This document shows positions 31,639 to 42,818 of a DNA stretch of 64,000 nt, piece by piece. The notes below the pieces were generated by a model, which was not told the origin of the DNA, did no database searches, and saw only the letters and a list, made by a program, of their open reading frames with translations. Both the position numbers and the translations under genes were made by a program. Position 1 is the first letter of the stretch, and each line of letters begins with the position of its first letter. Source of the stretch: Nitrospirota bacterium (lineage in GTDB: Bacteria; Nitrospirota; UBA9217); contig CAVVOB010000024.1 of the NCBI GenBank assembly GCA_963749655.1, positions 32,001-96,000 on the forward strand. Direction: 5' to 3'.

Positions 31639-33032
31639 TTAAAACGATCTTTTTTCCGCGTTCTCGAACCGCGTGAACCTGTTGATGTAGGTCAGATCCA
31701 CCTTGCCGACCGGGCCGTTTCGCTGCTTCCCGATGATGACCTCGGCGACGCCCCTCCTGCCGCACAAACACTCGCCGTCGGGAGGGCATTCGCATTTGTT
31801 GTAGACCTCGTCCCGGTAAATGAACAGGATCACATCGGCGTCCTGCTCGATGGCGCCGGACTCGCGAAGATCGGCGAGCATGGGCCTCTTTTCCTTGCCC
31901 GGGCGGGTCTCCACGGCGCGGTTGAGCTGCGACAGCGCAATGACCGGGATCTTGAGGTCCTTGGCCAGCATCTTGAGCGAACGGGAGATGTTCGATATTT
32001 CCTGTTCCCGGCTCTGCTCGTTCCCCCGTCCCCGCATGAGCTGCAGATAGTCGACAATGATGAGGTCGAGGCCGTGTTCGAGCCTTCAGCCGCCGCGCCT
32101 TTGCCTGCATCTCGAGCACCGAGATGGCCGCTGAATCGTCGATATAGATCGGCGCTTCGTGCAGCCTGCCGGCCGCATTGGACAGCGGCGTCCAGTCGCG
32201 GTCGGACAAATGGCCGGTCCGGAGCTTGTGCGCGTCCACCCGCGCTTCGGACCCCAGCAGTCGGAGCACCAGCTGCTTCCTTGGACATTTCCAGGCTGAA
32301 CAAGGCGACGGTCTTTCCCTTTTCGATCGCCGCATGGGCTGCGATGTTCAGGCACGAACGCGGTCTTTCCCATGGAGGGGCGGCCGGCGATGATGATGAG
32401 ATCGCTCGGCTGGAGCCCCGAGGTCATATTGTCCAGGTCCACAAAACCGGTCGGGATCCCGGTGACCATTTCCTTCTGGTCGTAGAGCTTCTCGACCATC
32501 TTGAAGCTGTGGCCGACGATGTTCTTCAGCGAGAAGAACGGTCTCGCCGATCTGTCTTCTGGGCGATGTCGAAGATGGACCGCTCGGCCGTATTCAGCAG
32601 TTCGTCGATGCTGTCGACGGTCCGCGAATCGTCGTAGCACTGCGTGATGATGTCCGTGGACGCGTGGATCAGCTTGCGCAGGACCGCCTTTTCCCGCACG
32701 ATCCTGGCGTGGTACTTGATGTTCGCCGCCGTGGGCACGAGGCTCACCAGCGTGGCCAGGTACGACGCGCCGCCGACCGCTTCGAGCGCCATCTTGCCGC
32801 GCAGGCTGTCGCGTCAGCGTGACCAGGTCGATCGCCTCCTGCGCTCGAACATCTCGAGCATGACGGAAAGATCCTGCGGTGGACATCCTTGTAGAAATCG
32901 TCGGGAGACAGGATGGTCGACCACGTTATTGATCGAGTCGTTCTCGATCAGGATGGCGCCCAGCACCATCTGTTCGGCGTCGATGTTCTGGGGGGGAAGC
33001 TTTTGAAGGGAGACTTCGGTCTGGACGGACAT
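31639..33032 (-). CDS. dnaB: Replicative DNA helicase (multiple frameshifts)
   Basis: [47 protein letters not shown]. Confidence 0.95.
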
Positions 33033-33065
33033 GGATTCACCTCAACCTCGGGAAGCGGAAAGAAA

Positions 33066-33120
33066 GAAGCCAGAAGTCAGAACTCAGAATACATTCTTCT
33101 GACTCCTGTCTTCTGGCTTC
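33066..33120. repeat. Heptamer-based inverted repeat hairpin
   Basis: GAAGCCAGAAG-TCAGAAC-TCAGAA ... TTCTGAC-TCCTGT-CTTCTGGCTTC. Confidence 0.75.
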
Positions 33121-33145
33121 GAACATTGAATCAAACGGCACTGGC

Positions 33146-33595
33146 TTACTCTTCTGCAATGACCGACACCTTGAAATCCGCGGTCACGTCGGCGTGCAGC
33201 TTTACGGTGATCGTAAAATCGCCCAGCCGCTTGATCGGTTCGTCGAGCACGATCTTCCGCTTGTCGATCACGACGCCCTGCGCCTTCACGGCCTCAGCAA
33301 TGTCCATGGACGTTACGGAGCCGAAGAGCTTGCCTTCTTCGCCGACTTTCGCCTTGATCGTAACCGACAGGCCCTTGATTTTGTCGGCCTCGGCAGTGGC
33401 TTCTTTTTTCAGCTTGCGGATGACGGTCGGAAACCATCTTCTTCGCATGGTTCATGGCATTGAGGTTCTTCGGGAGTCGCCTCAATCGCCTTTTTCCCGG
33501 GCACCAGAAAGTTCCTGGCATAGCCGTCTGCAACCTTGACGAGATCGCCTATCTTTCCCAAATTTATCAATATCTTCCCGTAAAATTACCTGCAT
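33146..33595 (-). CDS. rplI: 50S ribosomal protein L9 (frameshifted)
   Basis: MQVILRED..., [23 protein letters not shown]. Confidence 0.95.
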
Positions 33596-33750
33596 TGCAA
33601 GAGCTACTCCTTTCGAACACGTAAATAGTGGCACGATACTACCAGAAAGAGGTGCAAGGTGTCAATCAGAATTTATTTGCGTGCCGGGGACTGCGCCGGC
33701 CTTGATATCCCGATACCCGTGCGGCATGCTCAACTTGAGCGGCAGTTGGA

Positions 33751-33881
33751 ACCGCAGATATACCCGGATGAAAATATAAAATCAGGAATAGAGATCATCT
33801 CGGCACGATCCCGGCAGGTGATTCATGGCTTGTGGCTTTACTTTCTGATTCATCCGTGTTTATCAGTGTTCATCAGTGGTT
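33751..33881. repeat. Inverted repeat of ~10-nt units (ATCCGTGTTC family)
   Basis: AACCGCAGATATACCCGGATGAA ... TTCATCCGTGTTTATCAGTGTTCATCAGTGGTT. Confidence 0.65.
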
Positions 33882-33937
33882 AAACGGATTTTTTCGGGAT
33901 GCTATCCTAAAAATGCCGGCATGCAGGCATTACCGCG

Positions 33938-36620
33938 TCACGAAGTTCCGCTCACCTTTTTCTTGATCTCATGCAGCTTGTTCAAGGCATCGAGGGGCGT
34001 CATGCTGTCGAGATTGAGGTCCTGCAGTTCCTTGAACAGAAGCCCTGCCTCGCTCGCGAACAGGCCGAGTTGCGGCTCGGGCGCCTCTTCTCCGGCTGCG
34101 CCGGTTTGAATGATCTTGTCTCCCCGTCTCCCTTTACCCCCTGTTCCCGGTCCCGTCTTCGGCGCGGCCACCGGCTCGCCCAGTTCGTTGAACTCGGCCT
34201 TTTCCAGGTTCGCGAGCACTTCCTTGGCCCGCCGGATCACGCTCGCGGCAGGCCGGCAAGCCGCGCCACCTGGATGCCGTAGGACTTGTCCGCTCCGCCC
34301 TCGACCACTTTGCGGAGGAAGACGATCTGGTCGTTCCATTCCTTGATGGCGACGGTGTAGTTCTTCACGCGGTCCATGGTAAGCGCAAGCTCGGTCAGTT
34401 CGTGGTAATGCGTGGCGAAGAGCGTCCGGGCCCGGAGCTTCGTATGGATGTACTCGGCAACGGCCCAGGCGATGCTGATGCCGTCGAAGGTGCTCGTGCC
34501 CCTGCCGATCTCGTCGAGGATGATGAGGCTCCGGTCCGTGGCGTTGTTCAGGATATTGGCGGTCTCGTTCATCTCGACCATGAACGTGCTCTGGCCGCGG
34601 GTGATGAAGTCCGAGGCTCCGACGCGCGTAAAGATCCGGTCCACGATGCCGATCTGCGCCTCCCGGGCCGGCACGAAGCTGCCCATCTGGGCCATGAGCG
34701 TGATCACCGCCACCTGGCGCATGTACGTGGATTTGCCCGCCATGTTCGGTCCGGTCAGGATGATGAGCTGGTTTTCCTCGCAGTCGAGGAGCCGTGTCGT
34801 TCGGGATGAACCGCTCTTCGGGCGAGAGCTGCTCGATCACCGGATGCCTTCCTTCGCTGATCCTGAGCGTGTCGCCGTCGAGGATCACCGGCCGGGAATA
34901 GTTGTTCTTGGCCGCTGCCTCGGCAAGGGAGACAAGACAGTCGAGGACCGCGAGCCTGCGCGCCATGTCCTGGATCCGGACCGTCTGGGCGGCCACCGCT
35001 TCCCGCACCTGCTGGAACAACCGGTACTCCAGGTCGAGGATCTTCTCCTCGGCGCCGAGCACCTTTTCCTCGTATTCCTTGAGTTCGGGCGTGATGAACC
35101 GCTCGGCGTTCGCGAGCGTCTGCTTGCGGATGAAATCCTGCGGCACGTTGGCGAGGTTCGTTTTGGTGACTTCGATGTAGTAGCCGAAGACCCTGTTGTA
35201 GCTCACCTTGAGCGAGTTGATGCCCGTGCGCTCCCGTTCGCGCTGTTCGATGCCGGCGATCAACCCTTTGCCTTCGGAGCTGATGGAGCGCAGGTCGTCA
35301 AGTTCGGCGCTATGGCCTTTTTTGATCAGCCTGCCCTCCCGGAGCGTATAGGGAGGATCATCGTGGACGGCTTTGTCGATGAGCTGATGCACGTCCTGCA
35401 GGTCGATCCCACTCTTCGATCAAATGATAGAGGAGTTTGCCTGCGCAGTCGGCAAGAAGTGTCCTGGATCGCGGCAGGGCGGTGAAGGATTGTTTGAGCG
35501 CCAGCAGGTCCCGTGCGTTCGCAGCGCCGAGCGACACCCGGCTGATCAGACGCTCGAGGTCATACACTTCAGCCGAGGGCGGTCCTGAGACTCTGATCGA
35601 AGCTGGTGGCTTTCCTTGAACTCGGCAACGGCGTCGAGCCGCTGCTCGATCTCTGCGGCGTCCATCAGCGGATTCAGGAGCCATTCGCGCAATTTTCTGC
35701 CGCCCATGGAGGTCGTCGTGAAATCGAGTACGGACAGGAGCGTCCCCCGGGTCGAACCGTCGTAGATGTTCTTGACCAGCTCCAGGTTTCGCTGGCAGGA
35801 CGCAGTCGAGGATCATGAATTCGCGGGCCAGGAACGGCTTCAGCCGGCGGATGTTCGCGAGGCCGGTCTTCTGCGTCTCTTCGATATAGCGCAGCGCGGC
35901 GCCGGCCGCCGATATGCCGAGCTTCATGCCGCTGCAGCCGAAGCCTTCGAGCGACGCGACCTTGAAGTGGTCGAGCAGCGTCCGGTAGGCGGTCTCGCGG
36001 TCGAAGGTCCAGTCGTCGCCGGCGTTGATCGCCTGGGTATAGGCGCGCAGGAGCGTTGACAGGCCCGGGTCGACTGATGCCCTTTCGGCAGCACGATCTC
36101 CCGCGGCGTGAACCGGGCAAGCAGGGTGTCCAGTGACGCGAGGCTTTCCTTTCCCGCCACTTCGGCAATGAAAAAATCCCCCGTCGATATGTCGAGGAAG
36201 GAAAGTCCGAATCCGTCCTTCGCCGGGATAGAGGGAGGCCAGATAGTTGTTGTCCTTGGCGTCGAGCAGGTTGGAGTCCAGCACCGTGCCGGGCGTCACG
36301 ACCCTGATGACTTCGCGTTTCACGATGCCTTTGGCGAGCTTGGGGTCCTCGACCTGTTCACAGACCGCGACCTTGAAGCCGCGGCGGATGAGCTTGGCGA
36401 TGTATCCCTCGACCGCATGATAGGGAAATCCGCAGAGCGGCGTTTCGATGCCCTTGGACTTGTTCCGCGCCGTAAGCGTGATCTCGAGGACCTTGGACGC
36501 CGTCACCGCGTCCTGGTCGAACATTTCGTAGAAATCGCCCATGCGGAACAGCAGGATCGCGTCGAGGTGCTGACGCTTGATCTCGCGGTATTGTTTCATA
36601 AGGGGGGTGGTATCAGACAT
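33938..36620 (-). CDS. mutS: DNA mismatch repair protein MutS (frameshifted)
   Basis: [52 protein letters not shown]. Confidence 0.96.
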
Positions 36621-36670
36621 GGGAATAAGCGGGGCCGCGCTCTGCGATGAAGCCGGCCGGTCCCCGGGGA

Positions 36671-37435
36671 CTATCCTTTCGTTACGGTCATTCCGAGCTT
36701 CACCATGACCAGCTTGATGTCAGCCCAGGTGAATTTCTTGTCGCCGGGATGATCGACCAGGTGCGCCGGCGAGAACGTCGCCATGAGCGGGATGTCCTGA
36801 TATGAATGCCATCTGCCGCGGAGCGTGGAGATGCCTTCCTGCGTTTTGAGAAGTGCCTGGGCGGTACGTTCCCCCAGCGCGACGATCACCCTGGGTTTGA
36901 TGGCCTGGATCTGTTTCTGGAAGACGACCTCGCAGGCCTCTATCTCTTCCTGCTTCGGCCCCCGGTCAGCGGACGGCAGGCACTTCGTGAGCGTACAGAG
37001 ATAGACGATGCCGGGCTTCAGGTTCATGCCTTTCACGATAATGTCCGTCAAAAGCCGGCCCGCAGCGCCGGTGAACGGCCGTCCCCGGCCGCCCTCTTCC
37101 CGCCCCGGCGCGTCTCCTACGAAGACGAGATCAGCATCGATGTTGCCTTCGCCGAATACCTGCGCAGTCCGGCCCGAGGTCAAGGAGCATCGGGTACAGT
37201 TGGAAAGTTCCTCCTCCACGGCCGCAAGTCCGGTTGGCTTCATGGGAGGCCGGTCGGAAACGACCGGCGGCTTCACAACCTGATCAGCGGCCGTTTGCGG
37301 CGTGGAACGGGCTGGTGCCGCAGCCGGCTGCGATACCGGCAGGCGGACGTGGCGCACGCCGAGAGTCCGCTGATATTCGAGATGGGACCGTATCTGCGTT
37401 ACGATTTCCAGAAAATCGCGTTGGAGATCATTCAT
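36671..37435 (-). CDS. Family-4 uracil-DNA glycosylase-like protein with altered active site
   Basis: Fe-S cysteines CTRC, KC, AC; GDAPG, GRPF, LRG; motif B reads FSPA. Confidence 0.85.
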   Translation of the reverse strand: MNDLQRDFLEIVTQIRSHLEYQRTLGVRHVRLPVSQPAAAPARSTPQTAADQVVKPPVVSDRPPMKPTGLAAVEEELSNCTRCSLTSGRTAQVFGEGNIDADLVFVGDAPGREEGGRGRPFTGAAGRLLTDIIVKGMNLKPGIVYLCTLTKCLPSADRGPKQEEIEACEVVFQKQIQAIKPRVIVALGERTAQALLKTQEGISTLRGRWHSYQDIPLMATFSPAHLVDHPGDKKFTWADIKLVMVKLGMTVTKG

Positions 37436-37491
37436 GGACGGCTCTTTTATTCTCCTCGATCCGACGATGAACAGAGGCGCTGATCACTGCT

Positions 37492-38343
37492 TTAATTTCC
37501 CCACTTCAGCTTCGTTCGAAGGATTTCGTAATAACTCTTGGTCGGGTGTTTGATCAGTTTCATCTTGTAGCGGGATTTCCTGATTTCTACAACGTCATGG
37601 GGCAGTAGCGGAAAGCCGATCTGGCCGTCGAGCGTGAGGGATACGTCCTCGCTTTTGGACGTGAGACAGACCGTCACCACAACGCTGTCAGGAAGGGCGA
37701 TAGGCCTGTTCGACAACGTATGAGGGCAGATGGGGGTCACGACGAAACAGTGGATCGTGGGATGGATGATGGGGCCGCCCGCGGAAAGGGAGTAGGCCGT
37801 CGAGCCCGTCGGCGTGGCAACGATCAGCCCGTCGGCCCTGAACGTGGTCAAGTGCCCTTCATTGACCGATATCCTGAGCTCCATCATGCGCGCCAAGGCG
37901 CCCTTGTTGATCACGGCGTCATTCAGCACGCGGTACTGGGTGAGCTTTCTTCCGTCGCGGATCACGCTCGCCGAGAGCATGATCCGGTCCTCGGTTTCGA
38001 GCTTTCCGGCGATTGCCTTTTCCAGGTTGTCGTACAGCTCGTTCAGGGACACCTCGGCCATGAACCCCAGGCTCCCCAGGTTGACGCCGAAGATGGGGAC
38101 GTCGGTATGCGCGTCGGCAACGTGGCGCGACGCGGACAGCAAGGTCCCGTCTCCGCCGAGCACGATCAGCATCTCGACGAGCTCCGGGATCTCAGCCCGC
38201 TCGTATCCCCGCGTGCCGATAGCCGCCGCCGTTTCGCTGTCGATGAATACCTTTTTCCCGCGCGCTTCCAGCCAGGCGGTGAGTTTCCTTGCCGCCTTCT
38301 GAGCTTCGGGGATGTCTTTTGCGATGATGCCTATTTTTTTCAT
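37492..38343 (-). CDS. nadK: NAD(+) kinase
   Basis: GGDGT, NLGSLGF, LND, DGLIVATPTGSTAYSLSAGG. Confidence 0.95.
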   Translation of the reverse strand: MKKIGIIAKDIPEAQKAARKLTAWLEARGKKVFIDSETAAAIGTRGYERAEIPELVEMLIVLGGDGTLLSASRHVADAHTDVPIFGVNLGSLGFMAEVSLNELYDNLEKAIAGKLETEDRIMLSASVIRDGRKLTQYRVLNDAVINKGALARMMELRISVNEGHLTTFRADGLIVATPTGSTAYSLSAGGPIIHPTIHCFVVTPICPHTLSNRPIALPDSVVVTVCLTSKSEDVSLTLDGQIGFPLLPHDVVEIRKSRYKMKLIKHPTKSYYEILRTKLKWGN

Positions 38344-38389
38344 TCCCTGTTCCCGTCTCCCGCCGGCTGCTGATACGCCGCGATCTCTG

Positions 38390-38866
38390 CTATCCGACGA
38401 CGTTGAGGTTTTGCTTCAGTTCGTCGAGGAGTTTCTCGTACCGCTCCCCTTCCGCCAGAAACCCTATCTCGCGGCTCGCAGCATCGACATAGGAGAGATA
38501 AATGCTCAGACATTCGACCGGCAGTTCGTCCTCTGCGCGCTCCGCCCACTCTATGACCGTCACGCCGTCCGAATCGATGTATTCGTCGAACCCGAGGTTC
38601 TCCAGCTCTGCCGGGTCCTTGAGCCGATAGAGGTCGATGTGATAGAACGGCACGCGGCCCTTATATTCATTCACGAACGTGAAGGTGGGGCTTGTGATGT
38701 ATTGGGTTTGCACTTCGAGGCCCAGGGCGATGCCGTAGGAAAGGCTCGTTTTGCCCGCGCCGAGATCGCCGTACAGGCAGACCGTGTCCCCCTCTTTGAG
38801 GCGGGCGCCGAGAAGCTGGCCGATGCGCCAGGTCTGCTCAGGGCTGGAGGTGATCACGCTGAACAT
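38390..38866 (-). CDS. tsaE: tRNA threonylcarbamoyladenosine biosynthesis ATPase
   Basis: GDLGAGKT, SPTF, HIDLYRL, IEW. Confidence 0.95.
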   Translation of the reverse strand: MFSVITSSPEQTWRIGQLLGARLKEGDTVCLYGDLGAGKTSLSYGIALGLEVQTQYITSPTFTFVNEYKGRVPFYHIDLYRLKDPAELENLGFDEYIDSDGVTVIEWAERAEDELPVECLSIYLSYVDAASREIGFLAEGERYEKLLDELKQNLNVVG

Positions 38867-39324
38867 CAGTCGGCCTGCCGCGCAATGGCTTTGACCACGT
38901 CGCGTTTGCCCACGATGCCCAGCACCTTGCCTGCCTTGACCACAGGCAGCAGGTGCACCCTCTTCTCGGACATGACCGTGGCGATGTCCTCGATCGAAGT
39001 GTCCTCGGCAACGGTGACCACCTTCTTCGTGCAGATGTCCCCCACCCGAGTCGCGGTCAGGCGCTTGACGTCCTGTTCGAACTTTTTCGAGCTTTCAAGG
39101 TAAATTGCGGCATCGAGAAAGCTCACCACGGTAGGGATGTGCAGTCTCTTGTTCCGGCTGATGAGATCGTTTTCGGTCACGATGCCGACCAGGTTCCCGG
39201 CCTCGTCGACGACGGGTGTCCCGCTGATATGATGCTCCATCAGGAGGGAGGCGAGCGCCTCGATGGAGGTATCGGGTTTTACGGTGACGACGTTCCTGGT
39301 CATGATGTCTTTCGCGGTCAGCAT
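38866..39324 (-). CDS. CBS domain pair protein
   Basis: Two CBS repeats (ISGTPVVD..LVGIVTENDL; VHLLPVV..LGIV). Confidence 0.9.
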   Translation of the reverse strand: MLTAKDIMTRNVVTVKPDTSIEALASLLMEHHISGTPVVDEAGNLVGIVTENDLISRNKRLHIPTVVSFLDAAIYLESSKKFEQDVKRLTATRVGDICTKKVVTVAEDTSIEDIATVMSEKRVHLLPVVKAGKVLGIVGKRDVVKAIARQAD

Positions 39325-39415
39325 TGCATCACCTCAATAATGAATTTCGATTTTTTACTGCGGTTGAACATTCCTGGTCGGTGCACATACCCGTGCCGGT
39401 CCCTGTGCCCGGAAC

Positions 39416-40957
39416 TTATCGGCCCGGATCTTTCAGCGCCTCGGGGATCTTATCGATCAGGTCCCCGGCGATCAGTGAACTCTCTCCCTTTTCCTGTGCT
39501 GCCAGGTCGCCGGCGCGGCCGTGCAGATAGACGCCGAGGCAGGCGGCCTCTTCCGACGGCTGACGCTGCGCAAGAAATCCGCCGATCATGCCGGTCAGCG
39601 CGTCGCCGGTACCGCCTGTTGCCATGCCCGGGTTGCCTGAGGAATTCACGAAAATCCGGCCGTTGGGAGCGGCGATAACCGTGCCCACGCCCTTCAAGAC
39701 GACGATGACCTTGTACTTCGCGGCAAATTTCGACGCCATCCCGATGCGGTCCTTCTGCACATCCGTTGAAGAAATGGCGAGCAGTCTTCCCATCTCGCCC
39801 GGATGGGGGGTGATGATGACGGGGGCCTTGGCGCGCAGAAAAATTTCAGGCCGGCCGGCAAAGGCGTTTAAACCGTCGGCGTCGATGACCAGGGGCACGG
39901 TCATGCGCTGGACGAGATTCCTCACTACCTGGGCGGTCTCGAAATGCGTTGAAAGCCCGGGGCCGATGGCGCAGGCGGTCATCGATCCGGCCGCCTTGAG
40001 CAGTTCCTCTTCTGATCCGATGCCCAGCGTCCCTTCGATGCTTTCTACGGAGGGGATGCACATGGCTTCAGCGACTGACGACTGCAGGATCGGAACAAGG
40101 CCGTTGGGTACCGCCACACTCACGAGGCCCGCTCCCGATCTGAGCGCGGACCGTGCTGCCATGACCGCTGCGCCGGCCTTGCCCGGAGACCCGGCGATGA
40201 TCATCAGGTGTCCGAAATCGCCCTTATGAGCGTCCGCTTTCCTGGGCAGGACTGCTCCCCAGAGGGAGTTCCCCTCGAGCAGGCTCACGCTGATCTTTTC
40301 TTTCTCGATCACTTCCGGCGGGATCCCGATGTCGGCAATGCGGACCGTTCCTGCATGCCGGGCCCCGGGATGGAGCACCAGCCCCTGCTTGAGGAGCGCC
40401 ATGGTCACGGTCAGGTCGGCCTTGACTGCCGTACCCATGACCGCGCCCGTGTCCGCATCGATCCCGGTGGGCACATCGACAGCAACAACCGGTTTTCCCG
40501 ACGCGTTCACGACGTTCACGGCCCGGGCATAGGACCCCGTCAGGGGCGAGGTCAATCCCACCCCGAGCATGGCATCGACGACCACGTCGGACCAGGAAAC
40601 AACTTCGGCAACGTCCTTCATTGATGCGTTCTGGGTGAGTTCTACGTCCGTTTTGCGCAGGATGGAAAGGTTGACGCCGGCCTCGCCCTTCACCGCGCTG
40701 AAGGGAGCGAGCAGCGCAACACGGACAGGGACGCCCCGGATCCGGAGCCTGCGGGCGAGCGCCAGACCGTCGCCGCCGTTGTTCCCCTTGCCGCACAGAA
40801 TGCCGACCTTCATGCTCTCCAGGCCGTTAAAAAACCTGTCCATTTCCGCCATAACAGCGGCTGCGGCGTTCTCCATCAGGACAGGGCCGGGGATGCCGAA
40901 AGCCCGGATTGCACGGCGGTCGATGTTCTTGATCTGTTGTACCGTGGCGATCTTCAT
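39416..40957 (-). CDS. nnr: Bifunctional NAD(P)H-hydrate epimerase/dehydratase
   Basis: LMENA, GKGNNGGDG, HKGDFG, DADGLN, TPHPGE, GGTGD; start re-assigned to MKIATV. Confidence 0.95.
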   Translation of the reverse strand: MKIATVQQIKNIDRRAIRAFGIPGPVLMENAAAAVMAEMDRFFNGLESMKVGILCGKGNNGGDGLALARRLRIRGVPVRVALLAPFSAVKGEAGVNLSILRKTDVELTQNASMKDVAEVVSWSDVVVDAMLGVGLTSPLTGSYARAVNVVNASGKPVVAVDVPTGIDADTGAVMGTAVKADLTVTMALLKQGLVLHPGARHAGTVRIADIGIPPEVIEKEKISVSLLEGNSLWGAVLPRKADAHKGDFGHLMIIAGSPGKAGAAVMAARSALRSGAGLVSVAVPNGLVPILQSSVAEAMCIPSVESIEGTLGIGSEEELLKAAGSMTACAIGPGLSTHFETAQVVRNLVQRMTVPLVIDADGLNAFAGRPEIFLRAKAPVIITPHPGEMGRLLAISSTDVQKDRIGMASKFAAKYKVIVVLKGVGTVIAAPNGRIFVNSSGNPGMATGGTGDALTGMIGGFLAQRQPSEEAACLGVYLHGRAGDLAAQEKGESSLIAGDLIDKIPEALKDPGR

Positions 40958-41000
40958 GATCCGCCGATCCTCTTCGATATTGGTTAAAAAGTCTTTTATT

Positions 41001-41188
41001 GCCACGGAAGTCACAAGAGACTCAGACAATATCTCTGATCTTAAAAATCTTTCTAAATGAAATTTGCTTAACGCACAGATGAACACGGTCTAAACACGGA
41101 TAGAAACAAAGTTTTCGCAAACTTGCTCAAAGGAAAGCAAACCCTGAATTCTTTTTCACGCTGTGTTGCGATCTGTGTGTCTGGCGAA
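41001..41188. repeat. Degenerate cluster of ~9-10-nt repeat units
   Basis: CACAGATGAACACGGTCTAAACACGGAT and GCCACGGAAGTCACAAGAGAC / TGTGTTGCGATCTGTGTGTCTGGC. Confidence 0.45.
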
Positions 41189-41247
41189 GCCGGACCTGTG
41201 GTTATAAAACTTGACTCAAAATTCAAGATGTTGGTTCGTAAAGTACT

Positions 41248-41658
41248 TTAATGGGCTCCGTGCTGGTCCGCGGCAGGGAACAGCCCTCCCACCAGCACGA
41301 CCTGCGCCACTGCGTAGCCCTCGTCATGGGAATAGCTCAGGTGTATCTGCTTCACCCCCCGCAGGTCCATCAAATCCTTCACACGGCCGGAAACGTTCAC
41401 AATGGGGCCGCCGCCCTCGCCGTGAAGGACCTCCATGTCCGTCCATTTCACGCCCGTGCTCCATCCGGTACCGATGGCCTTCAAAAGCGCTTCCTTTGCC
41501 GCAAACCTGCCGGCATAGTGCTGGGCCGGAAACTTCTGGCGCGAGCAATACTCCCGTTCCCGCTCCGTGTACACGCGTTCGAGAAAACCGGAATGGTTTT
41601 TGCCCGCCTTGTCGATGCGGTCGATCTTGACCAGGTCGACACCGATGCCGATGATCAT
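41248..41658 (-). CDS. acpS: Holo-[acyl-carrier-protein] synthase
   Basis: GIGVDLV, AGRFAAKEA, HLSYSH. Confidence 0.95.
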   Translation of the reverse strand: MIIGIGVDLVKIDRIDKAGKNHSGFLERVYTEREREYCSRQKFPAQHYAGRFAAKEALLKAIGTGWSTGVKWTDMEVLHGEGGGPIVNVSGRVKDLMDLRGVKQIHLSYSHDEGYAVAQVVLVGGLFPAADQHGAH

Positions 41659-41691
41659 GTTGCCCCCCGACTCCCGCCGAAATGATGGATA

Positions 41692-41801
41692 TAACCACGG
41701 ATGAACACGGTTAAAGAATGCGTTTTTGAGGAGAATTCCCGACTGCATATCTTGTCAGGAATTATGTTTCATCCGTGTTTATCCGTGTTCATCCGTGGTT
41801 A
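41692..41801. repeat. Perfect 19-bp inverted repeat of ATCCGTGTTC-type units
   Basis: TAACCACGGATGAACACGG (41692-41710) and CCGTGTTCATCCGTGGTTA (41783-41801), with one extra unit before the right arm. Confidence 0.8.
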
Positions 41802-41831
41802 CTGACTTGTTCTTTAGACAGACCGGCGTCC

Positions 41832-42542
41832 TTACAACAACTGTTTCATCTCCCGGACCGCCCGATCGATACCGACGAGGGCGGCCCGCGCTATGATGCT
41901 GTGGCCGATGTTCATCTCCTCGACCTCGGGGATGTCCGCGATCCTTCCGACGTTCACGTAGTTAAGACCGTGTCCGGCGCCGACGTGCATGCCCAGGCTC
42001 GCGGCAAGCTTTGCCGCTTCGGCGATCTTCTTCCATTCGCGCTCGCGGTCGTCCTCGCTCCGCGCGTTGGCATAGGTGCCGGTATGAAGTTCCACCCAGT
42101 CAGCGCCTGCCTTTTTGGAAGCGGCGATCTGTTTTTCCTCGGGATCGACAAAAAGGCTTACGATGATGCCTGCCCCCTGGAGGGCCTTGATATAGGCCTT
42201 CAGAAAATCGATCCTCGCCGCGACCTCCAGGCCGCCCTCGGTAGTCAGCTCCTCGCGCTTCTCCGGGACCAGCGTTGATATTTCAGGTTTTACCTCGCGG
42301 GCAATGCGCCCCATCTCCTCGGTTGCGGCCATTTCCATGTTCAATTTGGTCTGCACGACTTCCCGCAGAAGCCGGAGATCACGGTCCTGCACATGCCTGC
42401 GGTCTTCCCGGAGATGGGCAATGATCCCGTCGGCGCCCGCCAGCTCGGCGATCAGCGCGGCGGCAATGGGGTCAGGCTCCTTGCCCCTCCTTGCCTGCCT
42501 GATCGTGGCAATGTGGTCGATGTTTACAGACAGCCTGGGCAC
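41832..42542 (-). CDS. pdxJ: Pyridoxine 5'-phosphate synthase
   Basis: [40 protein letters not shown]; GTG start with GAGGAGG RBS. Confidence 0.96.
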   Translation of the reverse strand: MPRLSVNIDHIATIRQARRGKEPDPIAAALIAELAGADGIIAHLREDRRHVQDRDLRLLREVVQTKLNMEMAATEEMGRIAREVKPEISTLVPEKREELTTEGGLEVAARIDFLKAYIKALQGAGIIVSLFVDPEEKQIAASKKAGADWVELHTGTYANARSEDDREREWKKIAEAAKLAASLGMHVGAGHGLNYVNVGRIADIPEVEEMNIGHSIIARAALVGIDRAVREMKQLL

Positions 42543-42727
42543 GCTTACAGCCTCCTCAACGATGATATCCGTTTCTTTTTCGGATTTTATCATCTCTCTT
42601 CCAAAATATCCAGATAATTTATGTTTCAGGGCTCCGAGAAGACGGTCCGAATGACATCATTACGGCGTCAGGCATTTTCCCCGCGCCGCACGTCGCTCGC
42701 GGTTCATCGGCGTCCAATTCTTTCAGG

Positions 42728-42756
42728 TTGACCATCGTCCGTACCTCTGGTATTAT
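42728..42756 (+). promoter_or_regulatory. Putative sigma70 promoter
   Basis: TTGACC-N17-TATTAT. Confidence 0.6.
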
Positions 42757-42818
42757 TTCTCCATTCTGTCGACTATGTCGACGTATTCGAATATTCCCAT
42801 CCCTCTGGAGGTGCCTCG

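Noticed and set aside
30653-32335. 560-aa ORF that appears to fuse DnaB with a cNMP protein
   Set aside because: Artefact of frameshifts; dnaB ends at 31639 and the cNMP gene has its own RBS and GTG at 31517.
1390-36620. Frameshifts in hisS, the mla genes, dnaB, rplI and mutS read as pseudogenes or programmed frameshifting
   Set aside because: They hit essential genes at many scattered sites with motifs intact on both sides; uncorrected indel sequencing errors are the simpler explanation.
41692-41801. Repeats considered as a CRISPR array or IS ends
   Set aside because: Short tandem units in inverted orientation, no regular spacers, and no cas or transposase gene in the window.
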